A DNA stretch of 55,726 nt, the filler included, from Fonticula-like sp. SCN 57-25 (taxonomy: Eukaryota), in assembly GCA_001724245.1 (NCBI GenBank). It is 2 parts of 2 records of this genome, joined end to end, with 100 filler letters (N's around TTAATTAATTAA, not from the genome) between each part and the next. Parts side by side here need not be neighbours in the genome. Positions count along the whole stretch, not along the records: positions 1 to 31,356 come from MEDX01000062.1; 1 more part is not named here. One strand, written 5' to 3'. The notes below the pieces were generated by a model, which saw only the letters and a list, made by a program, of their open reading frames with translations, ran no database searches and had not been told where the DNA came from. Both the position numbers and the translations under genes were made by a program. Positions 10,844 through 24,827 of the stretch are shown here, piece by piece. Each line of letters begins with the position of its first letter. Position 1 is the stretch's first letter.

Positions 10844-13800
10844 ATGACGCTAACGGAGGTAGACATGGACGAAATTACAGAGTGTCCGCTCTGCTCAAAT
10901 GAGCCTGACCTGCAGGACCGTCATTTTAGGCCGTGCACGTGTCCGTACTGGGTACGCCATCATGCCCTTTTTGACCACGCGGGATCCGCTCACCCGCTCC
11001 CGCCAAACCCAGATTTGCATGTTTTGTTATGACCGCATCTGCAAAGGATCAAGGCCAGTATGCCCCAATTGCCAGCAGCCCTACACGGACGACACGCGTA
11101 CAATGACCAAGCCGACGGCCGAAGAGTACGTTACTTTTTTCCCGCCCGTTCCGCCAAGAGAAAGGGCGCTCACCACCCGCGCACCAGGATTGAGGCCGAC
11201 AAGCGGAGGAGGAAGGAGAAGAAGACGGCCAATAAATTGTCTAATAGTAACAAGACGCGCAAGCCGAGTGACAAGCTGCGGATCGTGGAGCGGACAATCG
11301 TCCATGTGACGCCAATCCCTGATCGCCTGGACGACAAGGTACGGCGCGCGCGCCGGTGCGCTTGGAAAGCTAAGCACGCGCTCCTAGTCTTTGCACCTAA
11401 TGCTATCAAGATACGGCAAAATTACTCGTCTTAATCGTCCCAAGGGTAAATCGACGTCCGTTCTTGTCACCTATTCTCGACCGGAGGAAGCCCGCAACGC
11501 CATTTTGCAACTAGACGAGCGAACGCTCGGCGACAGCATGGTTCGGTGCGTACAATAACCCGATTTCCTCGTTTTTCTTTATGCTGTGGGACTAACCGCG
11601 CCCGTGCGTTTAGTGCAATGTATGGCTTGAGTCGGTACTGCGCTGCGTTCATCGCGGACACTGCGTGCAACAATCAGCACTGCGGCTTCCGTCACGAGCA
11701 GGCATCCGACGACATTGTGTTCACGGAAGACGAGGTCAAGGAAGGAAAGCACTTTGATCAGTTTGGCACGTCGGCCGTACGGCGCGAGCACGAGGCGTCC
11801 TTGCAGCAGGCGGCGGAGCGCGTTCGTCCGCAGCAGGATCACTCGAGCGCGCCCGAGACGCACGGGCACCACCACGCCCACGCGGCACCGCCTTCGTCCG
11901 CCGCTTCTGGTGTTGGGTCAATGTCGGCCGCCTCACGGGAGGCCGACGCCCCGGTGCCTGATTCATGGGAGCAGCACGACGCGACCGAGGACGAGCAGCG
12001 CGCATCGGGCGCCCGGCCAATTCGCCGCGTACGAACCGCTCTTTTCCCCCATTCCTCCTGTTTTTCCCGTGCTTACATTGGCGATCGTTCAGCCCCCAGG
12101 GTACGAGTCGGCGGCGTTCGAGTCGAGCTCGCCGCTTCCGCAGGCGTTCCTCGAGTCGTACGATTATGACAACACGCACGACATCAATCAGGCGCTGTTT
12201 GAGGATAGCACGCCAGTCGAACTGCCCACGTCAATTGAACGCGAGCCGCTCGACACGCGCTACAGCGACCTGAACGGCGACCTGGACGAAGTGGTTCAGC
12301 TGATGCTCGACCCGCACAGCAGCGCCCCGCCGACCAACCGCTCCTTGGGTGGATCCCGCCTTCTTTCTAATTCGTTCCAGCCACCAGCACAGAGTCCAGG
12401 TACGATTTTTTTCGTTGCGCCTTTTTATGCTGAACGCAGGTACAGCGGCCATAATGCAATCTGCAGTTGACAAGTTGCTGGCGGGTAATGACCAGGACGC
12501 GGTTGCGGAAATCGAAATGTCAGACGTGCACCCGCAGCACATTGCAATCACCCTTGACCGTACGCGCTTAATTCTCGCGTCTGTGATTCTCATTCGTATC
12601 TCTCAGGGACGCGCTGCAATCTCCTCCACTATGCAATTCTCACTGATAATGCGTTCCTTGCGCGGTACTCGCTGGACAAGGACCTTGATCCGAACATGCC
12701 CGACTCTGCAGGGTTCCCCAGTCTGCATCTCTGTGTTCTCAAGGCCCGCCGCGACCTGCTCCAGCTTCTCCTCGAGCAGCCCAAAATCGACATTAATAGC
12801 CGCTGCAGCGACAAGGGCCAGACGCCGCTGCACCTCGCCATCCGCCAGGGCAACTTTGAAATGGTGAGCATGCTGCTTGAGGCGGATGCGTCGCTCCTCG
12901 AGTGCGACGACCGCGGCTTGTCGCCCCTCCAGGTCGCGCGCGAGCTCTACCAGAATAACCCGGCCGATCAGGTGCGCGAAATGGTCGCGCAGCTCCAGCA
13001 GGTCGCAGAAAGCCTCCCAGGCGGCGGTGACCACAGCGGGGCGTCGGCGTCGGGCGACTATGAGCCCACCGCCGTGCCGTCGCGCACGTCTCTCTGGGCC
13101 GACGACTCGTTCGTGGTCCCGCTCGCCTCCGACAGCAATGACTCTTCGCGGGCCGCCGCCGGCCACGACAACGACGACGCCGAGTCCACGCAGTCCACGT
13201 CCGTCTTTTCGCCAATCCTTACGCCGACGTCGCTTTATTTGCCAATGACGCCCGGCCCAGCAAGCAGCAGCACCGCCGCGGGACGCGGGCGCGGCTCCAC
13301 GTCGCCACCTTCGTCTGCCTCGTTCGGCATCGCCACCTCGCAGCCGCCGCCGCCGCAGACGACGGCAGCAGCGACGGCGCAGGCCGCAAGTATCGGCGCA
13401 GGCCGCGGCCGCGGTCGCGGCAAGACAGTGGCGGGCAATGTGGCGCCGGCAAACGTCGCCGCGCCGGCCGACGAATGGCTGCTGCTCTCGCAGGATGCGC
13501 TTCCAGATGCGGCCCGTACGACTGCCCCTTTTTTGTTATTAGTTTCTAAACAGTACTTGCAGGGTCAGGCATTCAGGCGTCGTCGCGCACCATGATCCAG
13601 TCAGTTGAGAACCCGATTACCGCGCCGAAAGTGCTTTGTACGTTTGCTTTCCTTTTTTTGCAGCGTGCTAATGTGGCGATAGACGCGATGCCGCTCAAGC
13701 CAGCGGACCTCGCCAAGCTTACGGAAGATGTACGCACATTCATTTTTTATAATTTTGCTCATCGTGTGCCCCTTTAGGTAAAGAAATCCGATTATCCGAA

Positions 13801-14800
13801 AGAGTTTGACAAGTTCCGGACATTTGCGCTGTTTTCTCTCTACATCACTGACCGTGGGAGCGTCGAGCGTCTTTGGGAGGCTGTGACGGGCACGAGTTGC
13901 CCGACACTTGCTTCGTCCGACGCGCCGCCGCGGCCCGTTCCGCTTGGTGTTGCTTCGCGGTCGCTCTCTTCCGGTGCGCTTGCCCGCCCGCCCGTCCCGA
14001 CGCCGATTGGGCGTCCGACGAGCACGGCAGCGGCAGCGTCGGCCGGCGCGCCCCAGGAGCCGCCCGCGTGGCTCGCTCCTCCCGCGGCGCCTGCGCCCTC
14101 GCGCGGCCCCTCGACGTGCAGCGTCTGCGGCAAGGTGTTTGTGCTCGCGTCGCTCATGGAAATGCACCGCAAGAAGCACGAGAATGATGCTGCGCGCGGT
14201 ACCAGCAATACGCCGATCCTGCCCACGCGGCCGAGCAAGACCGAGAAGAATGACAATAGCAAGGTCTTTGCGCGCGCAATGGAAATAATCGAAAAGCAAA
14301 AGGCCGTCCCCGAGGAGAAGGCGCAGTTTATTGCAATGGCCAAGCGCGTCATCCCGGGACCCGTGCGTACCCTACCATAAAAAGGTTCTTATTTGGCTGA
14401 CGTAACTCCAATTTTATAGATTCAGGATGCCGAATTTTACGAGGTTCTCCACATGACGTACCGGAAGCAAAAGGATCTAAAGTCGGAGCGGATGCGGCAG
14501 GGCGGCAGCGGGTCGTCGTCTTCGTCGGCCGTGCGGCGGACCGCGAGCAGCGGGTCGTCGGCGTCGTCGAGCTCGTCGGCGTCGGCGGCCGCGGCGGCCA
14601 GCAAGGACAGGCAGGGACACAAGCCGTCGGTGCTCACGCCCAGCGGACGTAGGTACTGCTATTTCTACCAGCTCGGGAGCTGCTCGGCCGCCGCGTGCAG
14701 CTTTGCCCACGAAAAGGACGCAAACTGTACGCCGCTTTACCTTTGTTTTCACTTCGCTAACGCTAGTCCCGCCGCAGTTGTCGTTGGCAAAAAGTATTAA
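10844..14800 (+). CDS. CNOT4/Not4-like C4C4 RING-RRM-ZnF protein extended with ankyrin repeats, RG motifs, C2H2 and CCCH fingers
   Basis: RING CPLC..FRPCTCPYW/ICMFC..CPNC, then an RRM (RYGKI..VTYSRPEEARNAI) and RYCAAF..CNNQHCGFRH. Further on: ankyrin GFPSLHL/GQTPLHLA, CSVC..HRKKH and CYFYQLGSC..CSFAH. The ORFs link in frame through GTRCG..AG introns. Confidence 0.75.
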
Positions 14801-14963
14801 TTGCACAGCAGCAAGCATCATTCTAGCAGGTTGCTCTAGTTATTTTTTGGTTGTTTCACTTTTTATCTCGTTCCCTTTTATTTCCTACCAACAACGAAGA
14901 AACATAAAAATAATGCATATTTATTATCGAAAAGTGTACAGAAAAGGGGCGTTACGTTACAAA

Positions 14964-17900
14964 TCACTCCTTGCCTCGGCCGATTGACTTTAGGAACGAG
15001 TCGAGCTCGTACTCTTCCGCGTACTGGTCCTCGTTCCAGAGTGCCTCGAGGTTGCTGAGGACTCCTCTGGCGGCGGCGGGCACCGCAGCGTCCCCAGCGG
15101 CTGCCTCGGCTTCGTCCTGCGCGCCCGCGGCTGCCACCTTGACCTCGTCGGCGGCGTTTGCGCTGGACAGTTCAAACAGGTCGAGCAGCTGCTCGGTGCT
15201 CATCGACTGCAGCGACTTGTTGTCCGCGTTGACGATCGAGTTTGCAATCTTTAGCTTGAATGTCTGCAGGCCCATGATCTTTTCCTCGAGCGTCCCCTTT
15301 GTGATGAGTCTGTAGACGTTGACAACGCTCTTTTGCCCGATGCGGTGCGCGCGGTCCATCGCCTGCACGTCCTTTTGCGGGTTCCAGTCGTGCTCCATAA
15401 AGATGACAGTGTCAGCGCCCGTGAGGTTCAGACCCACGCCACCCACCTGCGTCGTCAGCAGCAACAGGTCCACAGAAGGGTCCTCATTGAACTTGTTCAC
15501 GACAGACTGCCGCTGGTGGTGCGCCACCGTGCCGTCCAGGCGGAGCCACGCCACGCTGCTACCCATCGGCTTGAGAAGGTCGCGCTCGATAATGTCAATC
15601 ATCCCCTTGAACTGGCAAAAGATGAGTGCGCGGTGCCGCCCGACGACGCCCTGAATGTCGGCCGCCGTCATGTGCGACGACGACGACGACGAGCCGTGGT
15701 GGTCGGCGTCGGCGTCGCTGCCGATGCCGCACTGCTGCAGGAGGTCCTTGAGCGCGGCCATTTTGGTCGACATTTCGACGGATGCCGCTGCCGTCACATT
15801 GCCCGCGCCGAGCAGCTCTTTGCGCCGCGGATGCTCGGGCGTCAGCACAAGCAGCGGGTGGTCGCACACCTTGCGCAGGTACTGCAGCGCCTGGAAGACG
15901 TGCATCGCCTTGGACCGCTGCGCGGCCGCCTGCGTCTCGCCGCCAGCGCTGGCAACTGCGAGCTCCTCCTCCCCCAGCGGCTCTTCCTTGACCTTTGCGC
16001 CGACCTCTGGCTTTTGCTCGCGCGAAAATGACTCGTACAGGACGCGCTGCAGCGGCGTGAGCTCGCAGACGTAGTCCTGGATGATCTTTGGCGGCAGGTC
16101 GTGCAGGACGTCCGTCTTCATGCGACGCAGAATGAACGGGAGCACCTGCTTGTGCAGCGCCTCGAGCGCGAGCGCGCCGGCTTCCTGCTCCTTGGAGGAC
16201 GCCTTGGGGTCGCCCGACGCAAAGATCGGCTTGCCGTAGCGGTCATTGAACTGGCGCTGCGATCCAAGGAAGCCGGGCATCAAAAAGTCAAACAGCGCCC
16301 AGAGCTCAACCACATTGTTCTGGATCGGTGTGCCCGTCAGGATCAGGCGGTGCTCCGCCGTCAGAACCTTCACGGCTTGCGACGTCTTGGACTTTGCGTT
16401 CTTGATGATGTGGCCCTCGTCCAGGATGCAGTACAGGAACGGGATGCCCTTGAAGACGGCAACGTCATTGCGGAGAATGTCATACGACGCAATCACAACA
16501 TCAGACGTCCGCAGTCGGTCCACAAGCCTGTAAAGAATAAAAAGAAAAATTACGTCAGTTTCACGCGCGCGCCACAGTGATGACGTACCGCTTCCGCTCG
16601 TTGGGCTGGCCCGCGTAGACGACGGTCGAAAGCGTGCCGCCGGAAAAACGCTTAATTTCGTGCTCCCAGTGGCCTGTCACGGTCGTCGGGCAGACAACGA
16701 GCGACACTGGCCGCGACGACTGCTTCTCGTGGTGCGCGCTCGCTAGCATGCAGATCGACTGCAGCGTCTTGCCGAGACCCATATCTGCGCACGCCCATCA
16801 TATCAATAAACGCGTTTCCAAAGCCGTACACGTACCGTCGCAGAGAATGCCGTTCAGGTGGTACCGCCGCAGGAAAGCAAGCCAGTTGACGCCCTCCTGC
16901 TGGTACGCGCGCAGCTGCGCGTGGATGGTGACCGGGATGCGGTACGCCTGTGCCTTGCCCGCGTGCAAGAGCTGCTCAATAAACTCGCGGCTGTTTTCGC
17001 GGCGGCGCATGAGCGCGGCGTCCAGGCCCGGCGCCTCGAGCGAGCCCGCGTCCAGCGGCACAAGCTTGACCAGCTCGGCGAAACTGGCGGCGCAGACAAG
17101 CCGCACGTCCGTGTCCTGGTCGCTCATCCGCTCCATCGCAGGCACAAGCAAAAGCACCGCGTACGACAACACTGCCGACTCCATCTCGCGCAGGATATCT
17201 ACAGAAAATTAGACAAGAACAAATACGCGGTGGGCGAGACGTACGCAAAATGAGCTCAGCAGCACCGCGGCGGTGCACCACGCTGGCGGCGTCCGTGAGC
17301 GCCGCGACAATGTGATTGAGCGCCAGCGGCATGGCGTGCGCCGGGGCAATGCGGCAAAACACTGCCAATGTCTTGCACGCCTCGGTACGCAGCGCGCTGC
17401 AGGGGCAGCGGAGCGCGCGCACAAGCAGCGACGCAACAGGAACCATGTCATTCAGAAGAGACGGATGCAGCGCAGGAAGCAAGATGCGTGTCACGAGAAC
17501 GGCGCTCAGCGCGTCGCTCAACAAAGGCTGCTGGTTCTCAAACGACTGAGCGTCTGCGGCGGCTGTAAAAATATCAAAGTGAATACAACATATCAAAATA
17601 CAGCACGTACCGTCATCTGTGAGGCTGCGCTCGAGCGGCGTGCGGACAACGTCCCACAAGACGGGCAAATGCACAAACAACTGGTCGCCAAACTTGCTCG
17701 AGATGGCGGCGAGTGCATGGTCGGCACCGTTGCTCTGCCGCACGTCGGCAGTCTTGTCCTCCTTGTCGGCCACGTACGACAAAAGGCCGTGCTCGCCACC
17801 CGCGGCGTTTGCAAACGTCGTCCCGCAGATCATCTTGCAGGTGTTGCGTGCAATGCGGTCATTGGGCGACGGCGTGCGGTCGACGCACAGCAGCATGAGC

Positions 17901-20900
17901 GACGCGAGGGCCTCGCAGCTGCGCCGCTGGAACACGGCAAGAGTCTCGCTCTCGATGGAAGACATGAGCGGCTTGACGATTGTGTTGAAGCTGTCGGGCA
18001 GCTTGCCGAGCGCAAGCAGTGCCACGGCAGCAAGGCTGTTGACCGACCGGTGCAACTGGCGCGCCTGGTTCGCCCAGTAAACAATCGCCGCCGTGACGTT
18101 TTTCCGGCGCGCTTCCAAATCATTCAGCACCCATTGGCGCTCCTGAGCGGACTGACGCGGCGGAAGCAGCGACAATAGCTCGTCAAACGGCTCGCGGAGC
18201 TGTGAGGTACAATGGGTAAGATATTAATACATAAAAAAACAAGCGCACCAGTCCGTATGCAATGTCAACGGTAAAGGCGGCGCCTTCCGGCAGCTTTGGC
18301 TGCTTGTTGGCCGGCACGCCGTTCGATACAAACGAAGCGAGAAGCGCCGCGCACTCTGCCCTCAACCGCAGCAAAACGGGCTGCAAGTCGACAAAGGTGC
18401 CTACAATGCCGCCGTCCTGCACCTTGACAGCGTCCGAGAGCCGCTGCTGCAGAGATGCGCACAGCGGCTCGCAGACGGGCGACGCCCACTCGGCAATGAC
18501 AATGTACCCGACCTGCCGGTGGAACGCAACATCCGACTCGATGTCCTGCTGCAGCCAGCGGACAATCTGCTCCTGCTCCGCCTTGCCAATGTGCCTAAGG
18601 AGGTGCCCGTATGCCGTCGCGGCAGCCTCGCGATTCTGGTAGATAAGCTCGGGGGGCACCAGCGTAATATCGGACGCGCGGATAATGTCGTACAGCGCGC
18701 GGTCGGGCGCCGGCGCCGAACCTGGAGTGGGGCGACTCGGTGCATCCGCCACAATCGCCGACGTCACCCTTCGACGCTTGGCGGCCGGCTTTGGCGGCGA
18801 CTCGGCTTCCTCCTTTGACGCCGCGCTGCCGCTGCTGTCCTCCTTTGAGTGGCGCGCAATGTGAAACAGCGACGCGTCAAAGAGGTGCCCGATGGGTGTC
18901 CGCAGCGTGCCGTGCCACGCAATGAGCATGTTTAGCGTGTCGCTAGCGTACACCTCTGCCGGTACGCGCTCGATAACAGACTCCCACAGCGCGGTCGACG
19001 CGCGATGCACCTCTGGGTTCTCCTCAAGCAAGAGGTTCTGAAAGATGAGCCGAAGGAAAACGGGCGCCAGAGAGTGCAGCCACGCGTGGTTGTCATACGA
19101 CTCGAGCAGCCGCTTCATCATCTGCAGTACGGCACGGCGCACGCTGTGCACGGGGTGGCGAAAGAACGGGAACAGGTGCTCCACGAGCGAGCAGAGCGCC
19201 GGTGGGCCCGATTCGGCGCCGACAGGGGCGGCCGCGAGCGCGCTGTGCACGCTGGGGTACCCGAGCAGCGCCGCGACAAGGTCAATGACTGAAGCGGTCG
19301 ACGCTGTGAGGTCGTCGAGCTTGAGAAGAGCCTCGTCAAGCACGCGCAGCAGCTGGTGCACGACGGTCGGTGGCATCCGAACGAGACCATCAACAACGGG
19401 CAGGAGAGCGCTCGCCGCCGTTGCGCGGACGTCGTCGTCCGCGTCGGGAATCCCCTTGAGCAGCACGGGGTACGATGACTGGAGCATCTGGTCCATGAGG
19501 TCCGTGCGCACGGCGGCAATGTAGCGCAAGCCAAGGTAGCCGCCGTGGCGAATCTCCCACAAGTTGTTGTGCGCAAGCTTAATCAGGGCCGCCTGTACGC
19601 GCCCAACCGCCCGCTCGGACATGTACCCGAGAAGCACGCCAAGCGCCTGGGCGCACGTCTCGCGCACGGGCGTCACGACCTGATCGGCAACAAAGTCGCT
19701 AAACCGGTCCAGCGCAAACACGCAAATAAGCCGAATGGCCGCGTCTTCAAGCCAGCGCTCGTGCTCAACGGCATTCGCTTCAGCGTCCAGATCAACTACC
19801 AGGAAGGGATCAGCAAGGAGAAATTAACAGAAAGGAAAGCGTACCGCGCATGCCGGCGGTGGCGCCATGCGACTTTAAAACTTCGCGAAGGCCGACACCT
19901 GCGCCATGCCGAATCTGCCAGACGGGGCTGTTATGGTGTTAGTCACGAAACCCGACGGGCAGCAAACGAGGCGCACTCAAAGAGATCGTGGCAGAGCATC
20001 TCGCAGAACGCGGCAAACGGCCACTCGTCGCTTTGCTCCAGTAGCAACTGTAGAACGCATTAACACGGCGCAAATACGAAATGATGCGTGCGCACCTTGA
20101 CTTGCTTCTTCGACTCGACCACGATGGCGTCCGAGTTTGGCTGCTCGGTGATGAGCGTGCTCGAGCTGGACTCGGCGTCCGCTCCGGCATCGACCCCCGT
20201 GCTCCTTGTACGCGATAAGAGGCGGTCGGTCGGTACGGCTTTGACGGCGCTCTTGGTGCGAGCAAGACGCTTGAGGCGGTTCCGCTCGCGGGCGCTCAGA
20301 TTGCTTGTATTGTTAATTTCGTCGGCCACCATCGCCGCCCGCTTCACTTTCTCCTCATCTTCCCGCGCGTGCTTGGGCGCAGCCGACGACGCTGCCGTCA
20401 AATCGTCATCCTTGACGAGGTCGTCCGCTGAAAAAGGGCATTAGCAGATGGCAAGGGATAGGAGGGACGGGCGCACCAGAAATGCCGCCGGCTTGGCCAT
20501 TAAAGTCGGCAAACAGGTCGAGACCGAGAAGACGCTGCTTCTGTATAGCCAATTTCTCGCGCGCAGTCATTTCAGACCAGTCAATGTCGTATTCCTGTAC
20601 ATTAGCGGTAGCCATGTTAGCCCGGATGCAGCATCGCGCTGCGTGTGCGTACACGACCCGATGAGCTCAGCAGCGGCGCTCCGTGCGAAAGGACGCGTTC
20701 AAAGTCAAAATTGTCGAATGAGAGGCGTGTCAAGTGCAGATCCGCAAGATCGTCTGCCGTCTTTTCGGCCGGCGCGGGAGCTCCTTCGGGAAGACTAGGG
20801 CGCCACTCGCCGCTATTGCGCGCGATGGCGTCGATGGCTTGCCCCGCGGCGACGCGCGTGTCCCACGAACGACTGCGCAGGTGCACATGGACCTGCACAG

Positions 20901-21140
20901 CAACAATAGTGAGTACTCTAGAATGTGCTCAGCGGATCCGACGAACCCTGCTTATTAAATTATACAGCTCGTGGGGATGGTACTTTATCACCTCTCCCAG
21001 CTGCACCGCGGCCGCCCGACGAACCAGCGGGGTCGACCCCGTGTCGAGCAGCAGCAACAACCGGTCAAGCCTGCGCATAAGGGTTAGACACAACATACCG
21101 CGTGCAATTACAAGGCGCCCTGTTCATACCGAGTCGCCAT
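14964..21140 (-). CDS. BTAF1: TBP-associated SNF2 ATPase Mot1/BTAF1, multi-exon
   Basis: N-terminal LDRLLLLLDTGS, SWDTRVAAGQAI and ALDRFSDFV..PVRETCAQALG. SNF2 motifs ILCD/DMGLGKTLQ, ILDEGH, LTGTPIQNN and QAMDRAHRIGQ. C-terminal QYAEEYELDSF. Confidence 0.97.
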
Positions 21141-21495
21141 GGCTATTCACTCTCGCCCTAGCCGCTTGACGACGCTGCGGACTAGTTCAGCCTAGCTGTC
21201 AGGAGCCGCTCAATGCAAACTGCAATCTGGATTCAAAATCAGACCGCCAAGATCAGGTCAAGATCATCTGAAGATCATGACTCGTGCATCGAAAGAGGAT
21301 AGATTGTGTACATAAAGGTGAAAGAATGTAGCCTCGGTCTGCATGTATCAAAGGCAACAATATATTGTCTCTACTTAAAGGCCTTTATTAAAGCACGAAA
21401 CACAAATAATTCTTCGAACAAAGCTGATAGCAGGAAAAATAAAAACAGCACGTGGGCGGGGGAGCAAATAAACGCTGTCCTCGGCTCCTACACCT

Positions 21496-22944
21496 CTACA
21501 GGAGCTGAACATAGTTGGCGGGGAAGATGCCGGTCGTTCCATTCATGCGGCCCGTCCACCAGTCGTCGGTCGACTCGGTCATCTGGACGATCTCAATTTG
21601 GTCATCCTTGTTGAACGAGAGATCGCCGTCCGTGTCCGAGATGAACGGGTAGAGCGCAACGGCGCGGCCAACCACATCGCTCGCCGGCGGGTTCGTGTAG
21701 GAGTCCTCTGCAGAAAAAAACAGCATGGTTAGTATGCCTTGCCCGCCAAGAGGGGAAAGTAGCACGCACGAGAACCATAGTCGTAGGACGCGGCAGCGGC
21801 GGCCGCCTTGGGCGAAACGTACGCGGGCTTTGCCGCCACGGGGCTGGTCTCGTCGCGGCCGCCAGCAGCCGAGGACGAGCCCAAGTTCGTGGTCGAGTCG
21901 GTCGCCGGCGGCGGCTCGAGGCCGGGGATCGGCGCGTTCGGGTCAAACATGCGGGGATTAAAGATCTGGAAGGTGCCCATCGTCTCGATGACCGGCGTCC
22001 ACTGTGACTTGTGAGTCTCAATAATGTCGCTCGAGAGCATATCAAGGTGCGCCGTCAGCGGCGTCATGAGGCTCGCGGCCTGCTCAAAGAACGCAATCTA
22101 ACAGAAATTTTAGCCACAGCGGAACAGGGGCGAGCAAGCAGGCAAACCTGGAACTGGATGAGCGATTCCATGACGGGGTCCATAAAGGCGACGCGCAGGG
22201 TGTACAGGACGGGCACCTGCTCCTTGAGCATGTTGTTGTAGAGGTCGTACTGGGCCTTGGCCTCGGCGTAGTTCTGCTCCGCCTTGATGAGGTCCTGCGT
22301 GTTGGTCTTTTCGCGGGCCTTCTTGAGGTTCGTGAGGTGGCGGTCGTGGTCGATCTGCTTGCGGTTACGCTTGTCGATCGTGCCGCGCACGAGGCGGACG
22401 GTGGCGAGCAGGTTCTCCGCGGGGGCGACAACACAACGAGCAAGGCGCTCATCCTGCGCGTGCGTCTGCGACTCGTTCCAGTCCGACGACGCGTTCACAT
22501 AGTCCAGGGCGCACTGCTCCAGGCGAGAGCGCTGCTCGCCCTCAAATGCAGAGTAGAGCGCCTGGAAGCTAGCGCCGATGGCGCGCTGGTGCGTGAGAAC
22601 GCCCTTGATCGCCGTCGCGTACGACTTGGAGTCCTCCGTCAGCGTCTTGGCCGCATGCTCAAACTCCTTAAACATCGACTCGGCCTTTTCAAAGTCGTCG
22701 TCAGTCGTCTCTGTTTATCGCACCGTGAGCACAACATGGGGCAGGGAACGAGGGGTCAACCAGAGGTTGCAGGTGGGACCAAATCGCACCTTCAGCATAG
22801 CCGGCCTTCTGAAGCACGCGCTGCGGCAGGCGAGAAACCGCCTTTGTAAATCCCTTCCTGTAACGCAAAAAATAACCAGGCGAGTTTGTTAGCCTCGCTG
22901 TCGCGTTCGCGAGCAAGCCGCAAAGCAACCACGCACCAGCTCAT
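21496..22944 (-). CDS. RVS167: N-BAR + SH3 amphiphysin (Rvs167/Hob1-like)
   Basis: The spliced N-terminus MSWKGFTKAVSRLPQ resembles fungal Rvs167. BAR region KRNRKQIDHDRH; SH3 AVALYPF..GDLSF..WWTG..GIFPANYV. Confidence 0.85.
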
Positions 22945-23241
22945 GGCGACGGATCGGGTCGACGCGGCGAAAGGAAAAAGTACGAAACTGACAAAACAAA
23001 GGACAGTGGAGTACCACCCCGGTCCGAAATCCGGGGGTATCCACCCGCCCACCCCCGATCACGGTTAATTGACAAGTTGACAACGCCGCGGCAGGAGCGT
23101 TGCGGTCCTGAGGCTCGTGCCCCCTGAGGCTCTTTTGCGAGTTGCTACGACGACGCATAGAATGGCTTTTAATTGTCTTTTGCGTCTTCTCGACGCTTTT
23201 GTACTTTTTCAGTCGCGGCGCCGCATCGCTTGCGCGCGCTG

Positions 23242-24766
23242 ATGTCTCGGCGCCAGCTTGCCGTCCGCTGCCTCCTGCTTGTGCTTGCTGTCCGCTTTGC
23301 GTCGCAGTATGCCTTCCAGGCCGAGTCCGTGTTGTCTTCGCCGTCGCTGCGGAGTAGCATGGCCGCCCTGAACGGCCAGACCGCCGCGGTATTTGGGGCG
23401 CTCGAGTCGCCCTTGGGCGCGTCGTCGGCATCACTGTCGTCCTCGTCATTTGTGCCGCCTCCCTGCGCATCCCGCTGGGATGGCCCGAGCCTGAATCAGC
23501 TTGCTGAGCGGCTTTCCGCGCTCCCCATGGACCAGACGGCGCGAAATGTGAGCGCGGGGCTGTACCCTGCCATGATGGCGTATGCGAATGTGTGCATCCA
23601 CCCGCTGACCGACATGCTCTTTGGGCTCGGTCCGAAGGCTCCCGTGGGCCTCCCCGTGAGCAGATCGTTCCTGCGCGGCCACCTCCAGGCACCACCAGAG
23701 TCCTTCCTCGACCAGCCGACCGTATGGCTGCCTGGCACGACGCTGCAGGTGCGCGCGTCTTTACCGCGCTCTTTTTACCTATCCTCATGCCTGTCCACAG
23801 CTGAGCGTAATGAACCAAAACATTGCGCACATGTTTTACGACCGCGTGTGGCCGGTGCTGGTGCACCTGGCGACGCGCAAGGACAGCCCGCCGATTGACA
23901 CTGTTTTTATCAAGGGGCTGTACCGGCCGGCGCGCACCAACGTGGACGCGTACGACGAACTCGGTTGCGCGGCGGCGCCGTTCCCGTGGGGTTTCCGCCC
24001 GTACTCGGACTTTATGGCGCGCATCGTGACCGTGCTGCTGCCAAAGGCAAAGATTGTCTTTCACTCGGACTCTTTTCCGTACACGTCGCTCTGCTTTGAG
24101 CGGTACGAGTTTGCGCTCGACACCGCCGACCGGCGCATGAACATTGCGCCGCGGCCGGTGGCCACGCAAGTCGCGCAAAACTTTCGCGCCGCCGTCTTTG
24201 ACTACATCGGGATTGAGCAGCCGCAGTCGCGCATCCCGCTCTTCGGGACGGCCGAGGGCACACAGCCGCTGCGCGTGCTCATCTACGACCGCGGCGACGC
24301 GCGCACGCGGACGGTGGAGAATGTCGCCGAGCTCGTGGCGGCCGTCAAAGAGATGCCGCTCAACCTCACGATCAATGTTATCAGCGTCATCGGCGACCTC
24401 TCCGCCCCAGAGCAGGTGCGCATCTTTGCAGAGACCGACATTGCCATCATGCCGCACGGCGCGCACACAACGTCCGCCATCTTTATGGCCAACCACACGG
24501 CCTTCATCGAGATTAACTCGCCGTGCGACTCGCACTCGTCGTGGATGAAGAACTTTGTGCCGCTTGTCGGAATCCACTGGAAATGGCTCGAGGGGTCGTG
24601 CACCGAAAAAAAGTCAATGACGATCAACGTGCCAGAGGTCATCGATTCGCTCGAGGCACTCCTCGCCGACATTGCGCGCGCGACGGCCCACCGCCGCACG
24701 GAAATGAAGAAAGGCGGACAAATGAAGCAAGGCGGACAAACAAGAAAAGGCCAACGTCAAGGATAG
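23242..24766 (+). CDS. Glycosyltransferase family 61 (DUF563)-like type II membrane protein
   Basis: N-terminal hydrophobic anchor, NIAHMFYD, RTVENVAEL and EQVRIFAETDIAIMPHGAHTTSAIFM (GT61-type HGA motif). One intron at ~23749-23800. Confidence 0.7.
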
Positions 24767-24827
24767 CGAGCCAGTCTTTTATTTATACAAATATACAGTC
24801 TATTTGGTAGGCTTTTGTCCCATACCG

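Noticed and set aside
23016-23038. Short inverted repeat CCCCGG..CCGGGG in the Rvs167/GT61 promoter
   Set aside because: A 6-bp stem is expected by chance at this GC content.
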